In this document: piece by piece, positions 38,105 through 51,127 of the stretch
How positions within the stretch are numbered: position 1 is the first letter of the stretch
How the letters are laid out: each line of letters begins with the position of its first letter
From: Eledone cirrhosa
Lineage: Eukaryota
Assembly (NCBI GenBank): GCA_964016885.1
Contig: OZ024743.1
Location: 15,562,001-15,626,000 of the forward strand
Length of the DNA: 64,000 nt
Direction: 5' to 3'
Made by a program: the position numbers and the translations under genes
The notes under the pieces: generated by a model
Database searches by the model: none
What the model was told of the DNA's origin: nothing
Seen by the model: the letters and a program-made list of their open reading frames with translations, nothing else

Positions 38105-38579
38105 ATCATTAATATAACTATAGATACACATATGCATACCAACTTCCCCTACATTCATCAACTGCTGTTGAGATATTTTGATAAATTGGCATAAAAGTTA
38201 CATCAATTACATTGTTAAAAAAACATAATTGTTTATAAACAGAGCCCTGTTCTAGCTCTGTTTTCCATAAACGAATTATGAAGTAAAGTGAATTAGAGTT
38301 TTAAAGAATTCAAAGAATAAATTTTGAAGAAGCAGGCCTTGTTTGTAGAGTTGGTACCTATTCATAGATGGGCCCTATTTGATGTCCTGGTGCATTTGCA
38401 TGCTATGTGCCCTGATACATCCGTCATTGCACCAGCTAAAAGTTTTGCTACTGCTCTTTAGCAAATTGGATGCCCCATTTCTTATTGGTGTTGATTTCAA
38501 AATGTTTTATTTCTCACTGAAGAAAAGTAAGTTCTGTTGAATATACCTATACTCGACTAACATATCAAGTACCTTTGTT

Positions 38580-38795
38580 AACAATGGTTGCCTCCAGAAT
38601 TACACTGTAATTCTATATATATCAGTTGTTAGCTGTTGAGACACTGCATCCTTTAAAACCTCCATGCCCCCCCCCCCCTCCATACACATGCACACTTGTA
38701 CACTGTTCATTTTCCTGACATTTGTACATTATTCTATGTACTATACATGCAACTTTGATGAGTTGTAGTGCACCTGAGCACTGAAAACAATAATT

Positions 38796-38833
<38 letters not shown>
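38580..38833 (+). mobile_element. CR1/L2-like LINE 3' end remnant
   Basis: SVVSC*DTASFKTSM-like C-terminal peptide, 3' stem-loop AGTGC-ACCTGA-GCACT and an (ATT)n tail. Confidence 0.45.
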
Positions 38834-38842
<9 letters not shown>

Positions 38843-39164
38843 TATTGTTTTATTCATGTGTTCCTAATGTATGAAGGAGTCTGAATGCACTGAATAAAAA
38901 AATAAAACGAAACAAATTAAAATGTTACTCTACAGCCATGAGCATTTTAAAATTAATGTAGGTATTATATTTCACCTTGAATATTAAAAAGATCTTGATG
39001 ATGTTATTGATTCTTTGATGTTGTGCTGGTGGTGGTGGTGTGTATGCATTTGTTTGAGAATGTTTCACTACTATGATTTGTGATTTTACTGAAATAAATT
39101 TGGCACTTCTATCAGAGATACCATAAAAACTATGAGAAATAATATATATATATGATGATGATGA

Positions 39165-39217
<53 letters not shown>

Positions 39218-39533
39218 TAGATAAAACAGAAAATGTATGCTGCTAAGCATGTATATTATGTTTATTACCTGAAGGCCAAAACTTAATCCCCTCCAGTGTA
39301 GTTATTAATAATATCTAGGAAAACGCATTTTTAGATGAAAGGTTCTTTTTAAATTTATATTGAAATCTCTAAAAGTTTAATATTATTCCTTGAGAGAGAT
39401 TTTCAATATTTTTCTGAGCCTATCATCATCATTATTCCGATCATTCTGATCATCAGCATCGCCATCATTAACATCCACCATGTCCACATCATAACCATCA
39501 ACAATGTTATTATTATTATTATTAAGGATGGTA

Positions 39534-39905
39534 GGATGGTGGATTGGCAGTATCGGTTGAGGGTTGGATACCATGCTTTGCAGCACAGAGTTACAGCCCT
39601 TTTATGGTCTGAGTTCAAATCCCGCCTAGGTTAACTTCGCCTTTCATCCCTATGGGGTTGATAAAATAAAGTATCAGTAATGCACTGGGATAATTGCTGG
39701 CCTTGTGCCAAAAAGTAGAAATAATTATTATTAAGGGCGGTGGTTTGGTACTATTGGTAGAGTTTCAAACACTATACTTTGCAACACAGAGTTATGGGTT
39801 CAAATCCTGCCGAGGTAAGCTTTGCCTTTCATCCTTACGGGGTCGATAAAATAAAGCACCAGTATTGCACTGGGGTAATTGCTGGCCTTGTGCCAAAAGT
39901 AGAAA
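39534..39905 (+). mobile_element. two head-to-tail tRNA-derived SINE copies (39534-39722 and 39735-39905)
   Basis: Each copy has the family head, core and GTAGAAA end and is preceded by (TTA)nAGG. Confidence 0.9.
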
Positions 39906-40059
39906 TACTTTTATTATTATCATTAAAATTAAAATTTTCAAATATTAAAACGAAAAGAATATCATGATATACGGTTTAAATGCTAAAGGGTTAAATGTTA
40001 ACTATGAGAATACTTCAATTGGAAATGGGTTGATTTGAGTTAACAGCAAAAAGACTAGA

Positions 40060-40519
40060 CCAATGACAACATATGACCAGACAGAAAAAAACCCAGAAAA
40101 CTACTGACAGCATACCGAAGCCACCACCCAAAAGTTGACATAAACCGAATATACGTATTGAACACACAAGGAGGGTGGTCTGACACAAATTGAAAATTAC
40201 TATGAAATAACAATAGTTGAGCTAGAAAAAGCATATAGAAACAAATAGAACATGACTGATAAATGTAACAAAGAAACATAGAAAAACCCCCCAAAAAAAC
40301 ATTTCTCTTTATGCAAGGAAACATTATCACCACCAACACCATCATCATCATCATCATCGTTTAACATCCATTTTCCATGCTAGCATGGGTAGGACTTGAA
40401 ACAATAAAATACAAAACAGAAACAAATGTAGAAGCAATATCAAAGCTAACAACACAACACACTCTCCAAAAAATAGCTATGCTTGGATCAACTTCCTGCA
40501 CAAGACATTATTAATTTAA
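40060..40519 (+). mobile_element. fragmented R4/Dong-like LINE, interrupted by an antisense RTE/SINE tail at ~40340-40395
   Basis: RKLLTAYRSHHPKVDINRIYV (~40096-40158) and the terminal TLQKIAMLGS..FLHKTLLI* (~40461-40519), comparable to the QKACLLGTARTLR terminus of the 59692 ORF. Confidence 0.65.
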
Positions 40520-40524
40520 TAGCA

Positions 40525-41120
40525 CCTCATGGTGGTCCATTGCTGTGCTAGAAATAGCAGCTAAATTAAGGGAGCCTCATGGTGGTCCATAGGTGTGCTA
40601 GAAATAGAAGCTAAATAGGGAAACCTTATGGTAGTCCATAGGTGTGCTAGAAATAGCAGCTAAATAGAGGGCACCTCGTTGTGGTCCTTAATTGTGCTAC
40701 ATCAGGTAAACATGAGGAACCTCATGGTGGTCAATAGGTTGCTAGAAATAGCAGCTAAGGACGGGTAACCTTATGGAGGTTCATAGATGTGCTAGAAATG
40801 GCAACTAAACAAGAAGAAACTTATGGTGGTCCCTAGATGTGCTAGAAATAGCAGCTAAATAGAGGGAATCTCGTTGTGGTCCTTATGTGTGATAGAAATA
40901 GTATCTGCATCAGAGGTGTGCTAGAAATAGCAGTTAGATAGGAGGTACCTCATGGTGGTCCCTGGGTGTGGTAGAAATATCAGCTATATAGATGGAACCT
41001 CATAGCCGTTCACTGGCGAAATAGAAATAGCAGCTAAACTGGGTCAACATCATGGTGGTCCATGGATGTGCTAGAAATATCAGCTAAGTAGGTGGAACCT
41101 CTTTGAAAGTCCAGAGGTGG
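40525..41120 (+). repeat. ~50-bp tandem array, about 11.5 units
   Basis: Unit CCTCATGGTGGTCCATAGGTGTGCTAGAAATAGCAGCTAAATAGAGGGAA starts at 40525, 40575, 40624, 40674, 40720, 40769, 40819, 40869, 40948, 40998, 41048 and 41098. Confidence 0.92.
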
Positions 41121-41199
41121 CCTCATATGTACAACAAATCTTTGAGGTGACTTTTTCATGTTAATTTTATGCACTTTTGGCTATCAAATATGAGGTAAA

Positions 41200-41740
41200 T
41201 TCCTATCAAAGCTTAGCTATGCAGATGATCTTGCCATCATGAGTTACTCTAGAACTGATCTACAATACTTTCTGAATGTACTGGCCAAACATTTTCTGGA
41301 AGCTGGCTTACACATCTACCTCTCCAAAACAAAATGTATAACAACTGATAAAAACAATGCCAATCTCCAACTCACAATCTACAACCAGCAAATAGCTCAA
41401 GTTATGGAGTTTTTTTATATCTCGGTCACAAACTATCATCAAACATCAATGGAATGGTTGCTGTGCAGTATCACATCACTGTAGGTTGGACAGCTTTCAG
41501 CAAGAACAAGGAAGTACTAACATTGATACTTACATCCTACCAGTTGTGTTATATAGTCTTGTTGTCTGTGTTAATTGGACAACAAGGTCACTTCAGAAGC
41601 TCTCTACATTCGAGAACCAGATCATGAGACTTATGACTGGCAAGCAGCTCAGTGACCGTATCTGGATCAGTGAGCTGCTCAACATTACCAAACTTAGACA
41701 ATTACATCAATTATCAAGTCAAGAGTACTCAAACTATACT
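41200..41740 (+). mobile_element. degenerate LINE reverse transcriptase fragment
   Basis: LSYADDLAIMS..DLQYFLN..GLHIYLSKTKCI, followed by TYILPVVLYS and FENQIMRLMTG. Confidence 0.7.
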
Positions 41741-44418
41741 TGTTTCTTTCAATTGTTATCTTCATTATGAATCATGAGCTTCAATTTACCACCTACATAA
41801 ATGTAGTCTATATTTATCATATATTCCTTCCACTTTAAAATCCTGACATTTCTACATCTACTGATTGCCATCCATAAGCACTACATGCTTGTACTCCGGC
41901 AAACTTCGCTTTTACTCAATTTATCTATATTTTCTGATAACCAATTTTTCTTAACTTCGCTGTGCTTACTAACATTAGGCATTCAGTGAAGCATACTCAA
42001 TTAAATTTCACTCAAGTCTTTGCACATCCTCTGCATTCATTCAGTACTCATTTTTCATCACTGTCTATTTTGCACTACATGTCAGAAAATGTATCCTTCA
42101 CTTCAGAAGAGAATACCATTATTGACAGTAATAGGTCCCACAAACTTATAGATTCCTTTTCTTATTCTAATTGATATGCTTTTGGAGTACTCCTCTCTAC
42201 AACTAATTACATCTTCTTGGTAATAAACACTATCAACTCTTTACATGAAGTCTTTCTTGGGATTAGAAATACATTAATCTACAGATGTTCTCACTGCTAA
42301 ATAGCATGCGCATCTGCCAGGCAGAAAATTGCTTTTCTTTGTTAGCCTTTTATACCTCTACTTTGTTCTGCTCCTATATATTACTATGGTATGATATAAA
42401 GAATTTCTCTCTACTCTTTTCAAGCATATTGAATATGGTCATTTATAGGATGGTAGCAAGTTTGTATCCTCATACTCACTTAATGAGACGTAAGTCTTTG
42501 ACATTTTACTCTGAGACTTTTGGTTCTATGTCTTGATTCATTGTGTGGAATTTCTTCATTATATCTTTCACAGATTCTGGTATAAGTGCCAGATCATCAG
42601 CAAAGAGATGTTTCCATGATCAGCTTTTTTCACACTCCTCTGTTATTGAGAGTAGAACTATAAAAAGTGTGAACTGAGAATAGAGCCTGCATAATGAATT
42701 TTTCCTTAAACTCATTGCCTGACAACATCTTTGTACATAATGAATTTATTTATTATATAAACATTTACAATTATTTATTCATTTTATCCCCAACTCTTAC
42801 ATACTTAATAATCTAAATTATCGTAATCATAAAATAAATTGTTAATATTATCATTAGAGTATAACATTACTTTTTACTCAATATATTAAAACATTTTTTT
42901 CAATACAATAATACTATTTTATAAAAGACATTTATATGACTTAAAAAACCAACAACATGAACTACAATATTAAATTTAAAACACAAATTTAAAAAAACAA
43001 AACTATGTCAATAACTAACAAGACCATTATCTACATGTCTATATTACATACAAACGAAATTTAAAAGTCCCAGTATTTTTCTTTTTTTTTATATTTTCCT
43101 ATATTTAATATATTTAATAAAGAATAAATTAGTTTATTTAACCTGAGGTAGATTTTGTTATAATACCACAGACACAGCCTCAATATGCAATTTATTAAAA
43201 TACAATACAGTATATAATATATTAGGGTATTTTTATGTTATCAAAAAAGGATAAAATAAAATTATATCAATTATAATTCTACTATTACTGATTTACAGAC
43301 TATTCATTACTGATTTGCAGCTCATTCATTAATACTTAGATTTCTAAGAGACTACCAGACTACAGAGTGTGGTGCCCTGTCAAAATCTCATGTTATCTGA
43401 TTCTGTTTTATTTAGTCATACTTAAACCTTTTCTCTTACTTTCATAACTTGGTCATCACTTTAATGCCTCTATAGTTGCTCCTTTCTAGAGGATCACCTT
43501 TACCATTGTATGAATTATTGATTATGTTATTATGAAATGAAAGAATGATGAAGAGTAAAGTGGGAAGCTTAAAATATTATGGGAGAGAACATGGGATAAG
43601 TACACAAACATTTTGAAATGTAATAAAGTAAGGACTTGTTTTCATAACATTCCTAATACATTTCAAAATAGAAAAAAAACAGTTAATCAGATATTTAATA
43701 CAATAGATATTTAGTCTAATGATTCAAATAAAGTTTAGAGTGTATTCAAATAAAGTTTAGGGTGTATGTTCACCTAATAAGGATAAATGTGACCTCTGTG
43801 ATACTTAAACATGTAACATAAATCTTCTATAATAAATGAAAGAAAAAAAAACAAAAAACAAGTGATAATATTTTTAAAAAATAATGCATACATGGTTTGA
43901 ACTTACATACAGCTGTGTATTAATTAATCACTCTCTGCAACTAAGGTAAATGCCATGTTCCATATATGCATGATTAGTATTAGGAAGGGTATCCAGCTGT
44001 AGAAATCCAAGCCAAAATTTGATCATATGAGCAAGATATGGGCACCTGACCTACCTAGCCACTTAATGTGAAAACCTGTCTAACCTATACAATCATGGAA
44101 AATAGACATTAAACTGGGATGGTCATGATGTATCTGGTTGATAATAGGCATACTGTATTCCTGTGTCTGATAAGATGTGAGTAAAAGGGTTGGTGACAGG
44201 AAGAGCATCCAACTTTAAAAGATTATCTCAAAAAAGTCCCAATTAACAAAAAAAGATGATGATGACAATGAATAGAAAATAGAGTGTGATAAGATATACA
44301 CTCAGGCAAGGTGTTTGTCTACAATATGGCTCAGCATTCAATTACTTCATGATATAATGGAGAAAAAAAAAGAAAACAAGTTAACCAGTGATTCTAGGTG
44401 GTATATATATATATATAT

Positions 44419-44795
44419 GAAACGTTTTATTAATAAAAATCAAAACTTCATAAACAAATCTATTTCAAATAACAACACTATAGATAATTATAAATGGAAA
44501 ATGAAGGAAAGCGCTCTGGGATCACAGAAGAATGGGAGAGGTAAGGGACAGGTGATGGGCTCTAAGCCTAGGGCGCAGCTGTGTTGGGGCTGTGCTCCAC
44601 AGACAGGAGTGCAAAAGCATTTCCACGGACAATGGTCAGCGACACCTGCTGCAACATCCACCCCACCTTCTGAGGCTCTTCCTCAGACAGGCTACTGATT
44701 TTCCGATCTTGTAGAAGAGCTCGGCAGTATGGGTTCCAAGTATGCTTGAGGTCTTGGTGGCTGGTGTGAAGAGAAAGCAGGTGGACAATCCCCAG
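44419..44795 (-). mobile_element. second CRE-like LINE 3' fragment
   Basis: Minus strand FLFTP..TSSILG..FYKIG, then (frameshift) GWMLQQVSLTIVRGNAFALLS. AT-rich 3' UTR with AATAAA ending at (TA)n. Confidence 0.7.
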
Positions 44796-45281
44796 TATTT
44801 GTTTGTCTTCAGTGATTTATCTTAGAATGTATTTAGTTTAATGTTTAAAATATAGTTATTTCAAGCCCTTTATATATTTGGATAATAAAGATGAATCGAT
44901 CTTAGAGAACCGTAATATGTGTACCTAGATAATGTAGGAATAAAACAATTGAAAGTTGGCAAGTATGGGGAAACAACTCACAATATTTGCTTTATTAGCA
45001 CAACGATTTAATTAACTGAGCCAACTGGCCTTTCATTGTATTGTCTTTTGAAATTATGAAGATGGCACTCACAGAAACAAACTTTTACAAATATATAACA
45101 GATTATATTTCAAATGGCTATTTCCAAAATATATGGTTAATTGAGACAGATGAGTGAAAGCCAATATATATTTATTAAATATGTCTTTGTTGAATATTTA
45201 TTCCTAATACGTTTGAGGCATTAGTTATATATGTCTCTAATATTCAATGTATAATATAGTATAGTGTTTTTACTGGTCATG

Positions 45282-45464
45282 TTCTTCTTCTTCTTCTTCT
45301 TCTTCTTCTTCTTCTTCTTCTTCTTCTTCTTCTTCTTCTTCTTCTTCTTCTTCTTCTTCTTCTTCTTCTTCTTCTTCTTCTTCTTCTTCTTCTTCTTCTT
45401 CTTCTTCTTCTTCTTCTTCTTCTTCTTCTTCTTCTTCTTCTTCTTCTTCTTCTTCTTCTTCTTC
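45282..45464. repeat. pure (TTC)61 microsatellite
   Basis: Uninterrupted 183 bp. It explains the poly-K and poly-F ORFs. Confidence 0.97.
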
Positions 45465-45953
45465 AAGTATATGTGCAGAGTCTAACAGGGCAGTTTTTCA
45501 AGGAAGTAATTTGTAATGCAAGGACTATTTGCTTAAGATACTCTCTCCGTTTTAGTGGTATCAAGACCAAAGCTCCATTGTGCATCAATCTAGTGGTGTT
45601 TTGTATCTATGCTATTTACAATGAGACATTAGAAATATTCTGATCAAAACAAGACACAAGCAAGATAAGCATGGGTCCATTGCTTTAAAGAGAGTGTTCA
45701 TTCATTTTGATTTCAGTTTGTTGATATTGCAGTACTAGAGGGAGACAATGAGAAGAAAGAAGAGAGTTGTTGTTAGCAGTCTGTGATTATCAATGCCTGC
45801 AAGCAAGATCACAAATCTACTAATAGTTTCTATAGATGTTCAAAAGAAAGACAATTGTCAAATTCCAAAATCTGAATAAACTAAACATTTCTTGAATGTA
45901 AAATCTTAAGATATATGTACAGAAGTAATTGTATATTTCAATTATATATTTTA

Positions 45954-46137
45954 TTAATGGAGTTAAATTTCTAATGGCTTATTTTTTGTGTCTTGCTACA
46001 TTTTATCTTGACTACTTATGTGTATATAAGATTTCAAATTTGCATATGCAAATGTGAAATCTTATATCCACATAAGTAGTCAAGATAATATGTAGCAAGA
46101 CACAAAAAATAAGTCATTAGAAATTTAACTCCATTAA
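45954..46137. repeat. 184-bp spacerless palindrome (92-bp arms, 4 mismatches)
   Basis: Centre TTGCATATGCAA at ~46040-46051. Arms checked base by base; termini are TTAA..TTAA. Confidence 0.97.
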
Positions 46138-46215
46138 AAAAAGGGGCAAAGGATTCTATAATGCATGCAGTGCATGCATTATAAAATCTTGAGTTCATCA
46201 ATTGCGTCGGTTGGG

Positions 46216-46725
46216 CTGCTTACTAAAACGTATAGACACACAAAAAGATAACACACACACATACAAACACATACACACAAACACATACACACAAACACAC
46301 GATAGCTTTGGGGCAAGCAGAATTTTGACTGCTTACTAAATCGTACACACATAAAAAGATAACACACACAACATACACACAAACACACGACAGCTTTGGG
46401 GCAAGAATAATGTTGACTGCTTACTAAATCGTAGACACATAAAAATATAACACACACACACAAACACACGACAGCTTTGGGGCAAGAATAATGTTGACTG
46501 CTTACTAAATCGTAGACACATAAAAATATAACACACACACACAAACACACGACAGCTTTGGGGCAAGCAGAAGTGTGACTGCTTACTAAATTGTAGACAC
46601 ATAAATAGATAACACACACACACACATACACACACATAAACACACGACAGCTTTGGGGCAAGCAGAATTTTGACTGCTTACTAAATTGTAGACACATAAA
46701 AAGATAACACACACACACACACACA
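46216..46725. repeat. ~80-110-bp minisatellite with variable (CA)n interior, about 5.5 units
   Basis: Unit CTGCTTACTAAATCGTAGACACATAAAAAGATAA(CA)nAACACACGACAGCTTTGGGGCAAGCAGAATTTTGA. Confidence 0.92.
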
Positions 46726-48627
46726 GACTAGATAACACTACATGCGGCTTTGTCCAGGAACGTCATTTAGAGGGAATTGGGGGAGGGGGGTAAGGCTGCA
46801 CAGCCCCACTTTCCGCCATGGCAATTGGACTGCATGCCCTGCTTTCCAGGTTACCGTTCGCCACTGATATATATATATATATACATACATGATGGTTGCA
46901 ATTCGATTTCAAGTAATGCTATCACTTGATACTTAAGCATGAGCAGCACGGACATAGCCCTTTATTCCTGTTAGGGACTTGCACACTCTTGCACAGACAT
47001 TGCAATGATAAGTGGGGAGCTCCTGCAGTGGGTGTTATGGCCAGCCATGCCATGCAATGCAAAATATGTCATATATCAAGTGATGCCTGCGCTTGAAGAT
47101 TTTTTAAGTGAGGAAAGGCTTTGCATGGAAACAATCCCACTCTCTGAACATTGAATGCATTTACCCCAAAGTAGAACTGCTCTACATCATTGGATGAAAA
47201 CAAAGTTGCAGGTTTTACATCAGAGTGACATTCTCCTAGATAGATGTATTAATGAAGACTAGAGCTCTCCCACTCCAATATCCCCCTTAAACAATTACTT
47301 TATTGGATAACTGTTGACTCTCCTGAGTTCCCCAAACATTTGACAAGGTTTCTTTTTCATTCGACAGGGTATCCAAAATCACCCTCCTCCCCAAGCATGC
47401 TTTGTGCAGTTGCCAGTTTAGTCACTGATATCTCGACCATGCATAGGTTATACAGGGTCACATCTTACTAGTAGCACTGAAGAGCGATTTGACATACATA
47501 CATACATGTGTAAGCAAACATGCACATATGCATACGCACACACAAACATATATACACAGAAAATGTGAACATATTTATACAGGAGCAACCTCTTGGGTTT
47601 CAGAATGTTTCAACAAGTTTGTTTCCTCTGTCAGGTTTGATAAAGTGATATGTAATGGAGCACTCTTGGTGGATAATTGCCTCATTCAGCAAAACTAAAA
47701 TGTATATGTTTAATCTGTGTATATTTAACAAACTTGTAAAATAGATTATAGATATTTCAAACATTTTGACTTAATATATACCCAGTGGAGCACTTTAGAT
47801 ATATTTGAACTACATCACTAAAATGGATTTTTTTTATTATTTATAAAAGTGATCACATTATTCTCTTTGATCTCCTCAGGTCACTTTATATATTTACCTC
47901 TTATAGCAAACTATTATTTACAGTGCACATAACTAAAACTTGTTTTAATAACACCAATAAGGCATACAATGGTATAAATATCATGATGTAATGGGAGGAT
48001 ATCCTTAGGTAAATATAATCATGTTTACTTTACATGGTGTATTTGAAATTCACTCTTTCTATTTCTTTCATTCACATAAGCATTTATCACAGCCCTGACT
48101 AACTTAACTAGTCATAGAGAATTCTCAGTGAATAAATGCTTTGTTTAAAGAAATTAAAGATATTCTCTATGACTTATGCATATCTAGTTACGATTCAAAA
48201 TAGCTTCTGGATATTTTCATCATGATATACATTACTGTAGAAAACTCTCCAGGTAGTTTCACTATCTCACAGAGAAACTTTTAGGTTATACATAAAAGCT
48301 TTCACTTCCTTTTTTTCTTGTCCCAGGTCACTTCATATACTAAACTTTCATTTCTGACTACTATTTATAGTGTGGAAATATTTATGTTACATATTGTAAT
48401 GGTCATCTGCCAAACTGAACTGTCTAAATAAAACATCAAACAAATTTAGAATAATTTTTTTCTGTATGTAGTGGTATGTATACTAGATGCCTTCCAATTA
48501 CCCTATTGAGTCATCTCTATATTCTCTTAAAGAACCTTGTAACTTTTAGTTTTTCATTGTGTGCAGATCAAAGGCTTCATTAACCTTTACTGTATCACGA
48601 TCTTGTCAGTCTGATTAGGCCCATATC

Positions 48628-48942
48628 TCTTCTTCTTATTATTATTATTCTTTTTCTTTTTCTTTTTCTTCTTCTTCTTCTTCTTTTTCTTCTTCTTCTT
48701 CTTATTATTATTATTATTTTCTTCTTCTTCTTCTTCTTCTTCTTCTTCTTCGTCTTCTTCTTCTTCTTCTTCTTCTTCTTCTTCTTCTTCTTCTTCTTCT
48801 TCTTCTTCTTCTTCTTCTTTTTCTTCTTCTTCTTCTTTTTCTTCTTTTTCCTCTTCTTCTTCTTCTTCTTATTATTATTATTATTATTTTCTTCTTCTTT
48901 TCTTGTTCTTCTTCGACATCATCATCATCCTCGTCATCATCA
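48628..48942. repeat. compound (TTC)n/(TTA)n/(CAT)n microsatellite
   Basis: Directly visible. It explains the poly-R ORF 48714-49010. Confidence 0.95.
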
Positions 48943-49009
48943 CCCACATATGGTGTAGGAGTCCTGATGTATGCCTTCCAGTGTGTTCTTTCAGAAGCAA
49001 CTGTTTCCA

Positions 49010-50350
49010 ATTAATTCGGCTGGATCCCTAAAACCAGCCAAGCTCATGGATTTTTTCCAACCATCTTGGTCAGTGTCAACCACTAGGTCTCCCACCCATA
49101 AAATATGTTCATCTATTCTTTCCTGAGACACTTTAACCACATATCCATACTATCATAGCTGGGCTCTCTCAATTTGGAGTAGTTGTAGCTCTACCTGATC
49201 TCTGAGTTATCCACTCTAATCTTGTTACCTCAGCCTCAGAGAAGTTAGGCATCACTCTCAAATTCACCTGGTGTACATCAAAAGATGCTGTAGTGACCAG
49301 ATTTAAGAGATCAGCAAAGTATTTTCTCCACCTCACGAGGATGCAACTCCCTGAAGATGGGAGTACTACAGATGCACCCCTGATAGCAGGTGTGGAAGAG
49401 GACTTCTTATTATGAAGTCAGTGATTGTCTGCTAGAACACTTTATTTGCTGATCTGAAGTCGGATTGCAGCTTAATCCCCAAGTCCACACATGTCTTATC
49501 TTTGGATGCCTTCACTGTTACTGTTGTGACCTTTTGCACCTGATTGTACAGCAGATGTAAGAAGGAGGACTTATTGTCAAGCCAAGCTTTGTAAACCTTC
49601 TTATTTGCTCAAATGGCATTTTAAACCACTTCAATGAACCAAAGGATTTAGCATTTAACAGCTGAAGCAGAAACTGCCAAGCTGAACAGTTTCTATTCCA
49701 TTTCAGCATCCTTAGTTTACTCATGGCATACTCAGAATTTGGATGCAATTTTATCAGAAAACCTGTTTCTGACATTGTTGTCTGCCAGTGCTTCCCATTT
49801 TATGGGAATTCTTGGCTTTAGATAGTCTCAGGTCTCAGATAACTAGATGTTGATCAGTTGACAGCTCAGCCCCTCTGTTAACACAAACACCCAACATAGA
49901 TTCAAAGAGATCACAAAGAATAACAAAATCAATTATTGATCTCTGTCCCGGATTCCCCTTATACCCTATATATTTATGGATGTCTTTGTGCTGGAAGATG
50001 GTGTTCATAAGAACAGAAATCTTAGAAGGTCATTCCATTCATATTTACATCGAGATCACCATTTCTTCTAATCATTTGTTTCCATGTAAGGTAATCACAG
50101 CCAACGTATGCATTGAAGTCTCCCATCAGGTTATATGACTCATTCTTAACTATAACTGATGCTACCGTGACTATATCCAGGATAGGTCACAGACCCATTG
50201 CCAATTCTTGCAGCATTGGATAGAGACTGCAATATATTTTTCGAATAGTACCCTTTTCCCTTGAATGCTTCCTTTGTGATCCCACTTGAATGATGATGCA
50301 TTATGAATGTTTTTATTGCTTCAGGCCATATTGAAGTGTGTTCATGGTAT
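49010..50350 (-). mobile_element. degenerate RTE-like LINE including the APE endonuclease region
   Basis: Minus strand LMGDFNAYVG (~50100-50130), WKQMIRRNGDLDVNMNG and NTIFQHKDIHKY..QRSIIDFVI. Many stops and deletions. Confidence 0.7.
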
Positions 50351-50651
50351 TATTCATGCCAGTCACCAATTTGGTACTTTTCTCAGATGTATGAAATCTA
50401 GGCTTTTTCAAAGGCAGCGTTTAATCACCTCATCGTAGTCACATTACTGTATTGTGAGGGTTTTTATGGGGGCTAACAGTGTCAACTATTTCTCTATTTC
50501 CCCTAGTATTTATTGCATAACTGGAAGGATGGAGGATAACAAGAGGATTAACCTGGCCTGAAATATCACAAGGAGTCGTTCTTCAGATATGTCACCTCAA
50601 CAACAGCCATACTTGAGTTACCTCCCTGTCACAGAATCAATTACTTACATC

Positions 50652-51127
50652 TAAAGAAAAGTGATGTTTCTCTTTGTCGAATAAATAAATGCACAATCAA
50701 GTCTAACAATCATTTTATTTAATGCAATAATTTAGTAAATTTCCTACAACGTCAATATTTTGAGGAGCGGATCTTTCCACGTCTGTTCATGTCCGTGGTC
50801 CAAAAAGAGTGTATAATATTTAATTAACAATGGTAGATAGTATAGTTGACATGTCAAAGATGAGGTTGATAGAATGAAGCAAAGTTAGTAGTTACCGTTT
50901 TGATTGCCAGGCAAACGCGGCTGGCAGAGGACGCCTGGCTAAGGCCAGGCGCCTGTTGACCAAATGAATGGCAGAGCCAAATGAGAGGCTCTTGACCTGG
51001 TGCCGAAAAGGCAATGAGAGAAAGAGAGCTTAAAGTTGTTAGTTTTATAGGGCTCTGACCGGAAGTTACAGAAAGGGCCCCACTTCCCGACCAGATGTTA
51101 ATCCAAACAAGGGAGACAACCGCTACA
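50652..51127 (-). mobile_element. probable solo LTR
   Basis: CpG-richer 476-bp block. The minus strand starts TGTAGCG, has CTATAAAA then AATAAA, and is flanked by CATC direct repeats (50648-50651 and 51128-51131). It ends TA rather than CA. Confidence 0.5.

Noticed and set aside
40525-41120. CRISPR-like look of the 50-bp array, and a match of GCTAGAAATAGCA to the engineered sgRNA scaffold
   Set aside because: The variable parts are only ~5-10 nt and related to each other, there are no cas genes, and the context is eukaryotic. The 13-nt match is just a short GAAA-tetraloop hairpin.
45221-45485. Poly-K and poly-F ORFs (also poly-R 48714-49010 and poly-H/M/D 61303-61572)
   Set aside because: These are translations of trinucleotide microsatellites.
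46179-46724. 181-aa Cys/Val-rich ORF
   Set aside because: Translation of the (CA)n-containing minisatellite.
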